A stretch of DNA of 24,000 nucleotides from Terasakiispira papahanaumokuakeensis (GTDB taxonomy: Bacteria; Pseudomonadota; Gammaproteobacteria; Pseudomonadales; Halomonadaceae). The stretch spans positions 3,626,970-3,650,969 of the forward strand of contig NZ_MDTQ01000001.1 in the NCBI RefSeq assembly GCF_001709345.1. The letters run 5' to 3'. The first letter of the stretch is position 1. Every line of letters begins with the position of its first letter. Below are positions 20,680 to 24,000 of this stretch, piece by piece. The notes beneath the pieces were generated by a model. That model had not been told where the DNA came from, searched no databases, and was given only the letters and a program-made list of their open reading frames with translations. The translations under genes and the position numbers were made by a program.

Positions 20680-21414
20680 ATGCAACCCAATGTTACCCGT
20701 CCCAGCCAACGTTCTTTTGATCAGGGGCGAGAGGTTCGTCTAATTCGGCATTTCACGAAGCATGCCGAAGGGGCTGTGTTGGCCTGCTTTGGTGATACTC
20801 AAGTGTTGTGTACCGCCAGTGTGAATGCCGGTGTGCCGCGTTGGCTAAAAGGCCAGGGCCAAGGCTGGATTACGGCAGAATATGGCATGCTGCCAAGGGC
20901 CACTCATACCCGTAGTGATCGTGAAGCCAGCCGAGGTAAACAAGGTGGGCGAACGCTGGAAATTCAGCGACTGATTGGCCGTGCGCTGCGCGCTGCGGTT
21001 GATTTGAAAGCGCTGGGTGAGTTCACCATTACCATCGACTGCGATGTCATTCAGGCCGATGGTGGGACCCGCACGGCGGCGATTACAGGGGGTTGTGTCG
21101 CGCTGGTTGATGCCTTGCGGAGCTTGCAGCGAGACCGCAAGATTACTCAAGACCCACTGAAACAATTGGTCAGTGCTATCTCTGTGGGGATGTATCAGGG
21201 ACAGGCGGTATTGGATCTGGATTATGCCGAAGATGCCAACTGTGATACCGATATGAATGTGGTGATGACGGAAACCGGTGGGTTTATTGAAGTGCAAGGA
21301 ACCGCCGAGGGCGCGCCTTACGTTCGGGAAGAGATGAATGCCATGCTCGATTTGGCGGCACAAGGCTGTGAGTTTTTGGTCAATGCTCAGCGTCAGGCGT
21401 TACGTGAGCCTTGA
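20680..21414 (+). CDS. rph: Ribonuclease PH
   Basis: The track ORF starts at 20611. ATG 20680, with AGGAG at 20670-20674, gives a 244-aa protein. The segments [97 protein letters not shown] are almost collinear with E. coli RNase PH. Confidence 0.96.
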   Translation: MQPNVTRPSQRSFDQGREVRLIRHFTKHAEGAVLACFGDTQVLCTASVNAGVPRWLKGQGQGWITAEYGMLPRATHTRSDREASRGKQGGRTLEIQRLIGRALRAAVDLKALGEFTITIDCDVIQADGGTRTAAITGGCVALVDALRSLQRDRKITQDPLKQLVSAISVGMYQGQAVLDLDYAEDANCDTDMNVVMTETGGFIEVQGTAEGAPYVREEMNAMLDLAAQGCEFLVNAQRQALREP

Positions 21415-21452
21415 ACGACTCTTCTTCTGACTCTGAATTCGCCTCTTGAATC

Positions 21453-21488
21453 AAAAAGCCCCGCATACTCAGTATGTGGGGCTTTTTT
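21453..21488. terminator. Bidirectional Rho-independent terminator between convergent rph and the crc-like gene
   Basis: AAAAA (21453-21457) precedes a stem of GCCCCGCAT (21458-21466) paired with ATGTGGGGC (21474-21482), including one G-U pair. TTTTTT (21483-21488) follows. Confidence 0.85.
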
Positions 21489-21601
21489 ATGGGCTGATAT
21501 GACGTTGGCGTTGAGATCACGCTCGCCTCAAGATAGGCCCAAGATGAGTGCCACATGAGGGGCGATGACTGATGCCCTGGCTGGGCTTACCCTGATGGGG
21601 T

Positions 21602-22357
21602 TTATAAGTCGTACTCCACTACCAGTGCTGCATGGTTGGAGAACTTGACACTATCATCAATCCAAGCCCGTTTAATGGCTTTTTGCAGGTTAGGGCCGAC
21701 GACTTGATAGTCAACCCGCCAGCCTTCACTGCGTAGGCGGTCATCGTTACCTGCGGGCCAAAATGTGTAGGCATCCGCATCACGATTGATCTCACGGAAA
21801 GTATCGATATAGCCCAGCGGCCCAAATACCTGATCCATCCAGGCACGTTCTTCCGGGCTGAAGCCGATACTGTTTTGATTACTTTGCCAGTCGGCCAGGT
21901 CAATCGTTTTATGCGCAATATTCCAGGTGCCACAGATAATGTATTCCCGCCGTTTACGTCGCAGTTTGCGGAGAAACTCCAGGTACTGCTCCATAAATAA
22001 CTGTTTCTCAGCCGGGTTTTCACCTGAAGGCATCAGGAATGACGCGACACTGACTTTATCGAAATCAGCCTGCATAAAGCGGCCTTCTCGATCAGCCAAT
22101 TCAAAACCCAAGCCGGTCATAATGGCCTTGGGCATCCGTCGACAATAAATACCGACACCAGAGAAATGATCTTGCTCGGCATCGAAGAAATAACCTTCGT
22201 ACCCCTCCGGCTGATAAACCTCGTCGGGGAGTTCGTAGCTCTTGGCCTGGATGTCTTGGACGCACACGACATCCGCATCCTGAGCCGAGAGCCAGTCCAG
22301 AAAGCCTTTGTCTACGGCCTGCATAATGCCATTGACATTTAAGTTGATGATTTTCAT
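21602..22357 (-). CDS. crc: Exonuclease III / EEP-fold protein, most likely catabolite repression control protein Crc (the Hfq partner) rather than an active XthA
   Basis: The track ORF extends to 22462, but the conserved start MKIINLNVNG is at 22357, giving 251 aa. The fold motifs of exodeoxyribonuclease III are present with substituted catalytic positions (VQD for QE, GTWN for GD.N, SNHA for SDH.P). The blocks LGFELADREGRFMQADFDKVS, RRKRREYI and GWRVDYQV match my recollection of Pseudomonas Crc. It sits between rph and pyrE, divergent from pyrE, as crc does in P. aeruginosa. Confidence 0.7.
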   Translation of the reverse strand: MKIINLNVNGIMQAVDKGFLDWLSAQDADVVCVQDIQAKSYELPDEVYQPEGYEGYFFDAEQDHFSGVGIYCRRMPKAIMTGLGFELADREGRFMQADFDKVSVASFLMPSGENPAEKQLFMEQYLEFLRKLRRKRREYIICGTWNIAHKTIDLADWQSNQNSIGFSPEERAWMDQVFGPLGYIDTFREINRDADAYTFWPAGNDDRLRSEGWRVDYQVVGPNLQKAIKRAWIDDSVKFSNHAALVVEYDL

Positions 22358-22470
22358 GCGCGCGTGGTCCCTTTGGTTCGAGCGTGTATGATACATTAGC
22401 AAGCATCTATTGGGGACACCCTTAGGGGTTTCAACGCTCATTCTTTGCCCTAAAGGGGCCATAACCTGCC

Positions 22471-23115
22471 ATGCTTGACTATCAACACGATTTTCTTCGC
22501 TTTGCTATTGATCAATCCGTGCTTCGCTTTGGTGAATTTCATTTGAAATCTGGGCGGACCAGTCCTTACTTTTTTAATGCAGGACTGTTCTGTAGTGGCG
22601 ACGCTTTATCACAGCTGGGACGCTGCTATGCTGAGGCCATCGTACGCTCAGGCATCGAATTTGATGTGTTGTTTGGGCCAGCCTATAAAGGCATTCCTCT
22701 GGCCGCAGCAACCGCAATGGCGCTGTCTGAGCATCACGGACGGCCCACACCTTACGCGTTTAACCGTAAAGAAGCCAAAGATCATGGCGAAGGCGGCCAG
22801 TTGGTGGGGGCTGAGTTACAAGGTCAGCGTGTTTTGCTGATTGATGATGTGATCACTGCCGGTACGGCCATTCGTGAAGTGATGCCGTTGCTGACCCAAG
22901 CGGGCGCCCAAGTTGAAGGGATTGTCATTGCCTTGGATCGGCAGGAGCGAGGCCAGGGTGAAGTGTCTGCGATTCAGGAAGTTGAGCGCGATTTGAACCT
23001 TCAGGTGGCCAGTATCGTCAATTTAACGTTGATCCTGGAATATCTCGAAGCACAGGGCTCGTCAGATGAGCATGTTCAGGCGATTCGCGCTTACCGTGAG
23101 CGCTATGGCGCTTAA
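22471..23115 (+). CDS. pyrE: Orotate phosphoribosyltransferase
   Basis: The 214-aa protein has [52 protein letters not shown] and the PRPP-binding loop [16 protein letters not shown]. It is collinear with E. coli PyrE. Confidence 0.97.
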   Translation: MLDYQHDFLRFAIDQSVLRFGEFHLKSGRTSPYFFNAGLFCSGDALSQLGRCYAEAIVRSGIEFDVLFGPAYKGIPLAAATAMALSEHHGRPTPYAFNRKEAKDHGEGGQLVGAELQGQRVLLIDDVITAGTAIREVMPLLTQAGAQVEGIVIALDRQERGQGEVSAIQEVERDLNLQVASIVNLTLILEYLEAQGSSDEHVQAIRAYRERYGA

Positions 23116-23220
23116 TCAGGCCCTGTGCGTGACGACTTAAAAGATGATGACTTAAAAGATGAATGGCCTGCATGCCTATGTGGCCATCAGATCTGGTTGT
23201 CTAATAAGAGGAGTAACTGC

Positions 23221-23787
23221 ATGCGTCTGACACTGCCCGTTTCGACCTTCATTCTGGCTTTTGGGGCCACGCCTGTTTGGGCGGCATCGGTTGATGCCAA
23301 TATTAATGACACCAGTATTCAGGCAGAGCTGGAATCTGGAGTGTCGAGTATGCCTAATTTGAGTATTAATGGCGGCATATTGTACTCAGAAGATCACGAT
23401 GATTTTGACAGTCTCGTCGGGACACTGGGCGTTCAGGGCATTGAAACCGATAATGCCACTTATCGTGCGGGCCTAGGGGCTCGTTTATATGCCTATGATG
23501 CGGATGATTTCGATGGCAGCGCGCTGGCTTTTGGCGGCTTCCTGTATCGTACGATTCCCAACTTCCAGCGGATGTCGGTGGGCGCTTATGGGTGGTATGC
23601 CCCTCAAGTGACCAGCTTCGGTGATACCGAGAAACTGTATGAATATGGGGCGCGGGTCGCGATTCGAGCCATTCAAAATACCGATGTGTATCTGGGATAT
23701 CGTTATCTTGGCGTTGAGCAGGAAGACGGCGGCTTTGATGATGATTTGGATTCCGGACTGAATATCGGTTTTCGGATGAACTTCTAA
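23221..23787 (+). CDS. Small outer-membrane beta-barrel protein, YfaZ-like
   Basis: The track ORF starts at 23125. ATG 23221, with AAGAGGAG at 23206-23213, gives a 188-aa protein. It has a signal peptide ([23 protein letters not shown]), alternating aromatic and Gly-rich strands, and a C-terminal ...GFRMNF ending in Phe, which is the OMP signature. The resemblance to YfaZ is from memory only. Confidence 0.55.
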   Translation: MRLTLPVSTFILAFGATPVWAASVDANINDTSIQAELESGVSSMPNLSINGGILYSEDHDDFDSLVGTLGVQGIETDNATYRAGLGARLYAYDADDFDGSALAFGGFLYRTIPNFQRMSVGAYGWYAPQVTSFGDTEKLYEYGARVAIRAIQNTDVYLGYRYLGVEQEDGGFDDDLDSGLNIGFRMNF

Positions 23788-23866
23788 AGCGTGCTCATTC
23801 CTTATCGGTCACATTGACGGATTAGGCTGTGGCTTAAGGCGTATTTTAAGTGAAGGAGTCGTGCTT

Positions 23867-24000
23867 ATGATGGCGTGGAATCGCCTGCTATCGCCTAACC
23901 GTTTACAAGACCCAAGAGGGGCCCACCGTAAAGAAGAGGTGGGCCGCTCTCCTTTCCATAAAGATCACGACCGCATCACGTTTTCGGGCTCATTTCGACG
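23867..24000 (+). CDS. dGTPase-like (deoxyguanosinetriphosphate triphosphohydrolase family) protein, 5' partial, continuing beyond the window
   Basis: GAAGGAG (23852-23858) is followed by ATG 23867. The translation is [45 protein letters not shown]. The segment R.PF.KDHDRI.FS..FRR is the conserved N-terminal signature of the dGTPase-like HD family. There is no stop codon before the window ends. Confidence 0.7.
   Translation, partial: MMAWNRLLSPNRLQDPRGAHRKEEVGRSPFHKDHDRITFSGSFR

Noticed and set aside
20845-21363. 172-aa ORF antisense to rph, and a 137-aa ORF (19992-20405) antisense to the MCP signalling domain
   Set aside because: Both are shadow ORFs opposite highly conserved coding frames. 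Neither has a protein-like motif.

Overview
This window is mostly core gammaproteobacterial chromosome, and its gene order resembles Pseudomonas. It holds these elements:
- A complete F1F0 ATP synthase operon, atpIBEFHAGDC (237-7353, + strand), ending in a bidirectional terminator.
- The stringent-response cluster gmk-rpoZ-spoT-ridA, convergent with atp on the - strand (11150 down to 7450).
- A short, CIO-type cytochrome bd oxidase pair, cydAB (14101 down to 11640).
- A MocR-type GntR/aminotransferase-fusion regulator (14331-15746), divergent from cydAB.
- A decayed hipB-hipA toxin-antitoxin module (16047-17234). The antitoxin is intact. The kinase toxin has an internal deletion and a frameshift.
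- yicC (-), an orphan Cache/HAMP methyl-accepting chemotaxis protein, and rph.
- An exonuclease-III-fold gene that looks like Crc rather than XthA, followed by pyrE.
- A small YfaZ-like outer-membrane protein and the 5' end of a dGTPase-like gene.

I found no tRNA, rRNA, CRISPR array, transposase or integrase, and no convincing novel multi-gene system. The only accessory-looking stretch is about 11.15-17.35 kb (cydAB, the MocR regulator and the hipBA remnant), which sits between gmk and yicC. From memory, those two genes are adjacent in Pseudomonas aeruginosa.

The other observations are small non-coding structures: palindromes, tandem repeats and intercistronic hairpins. All functional calls rest on my recognition of protein motifs and synteny. 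No database search was run.
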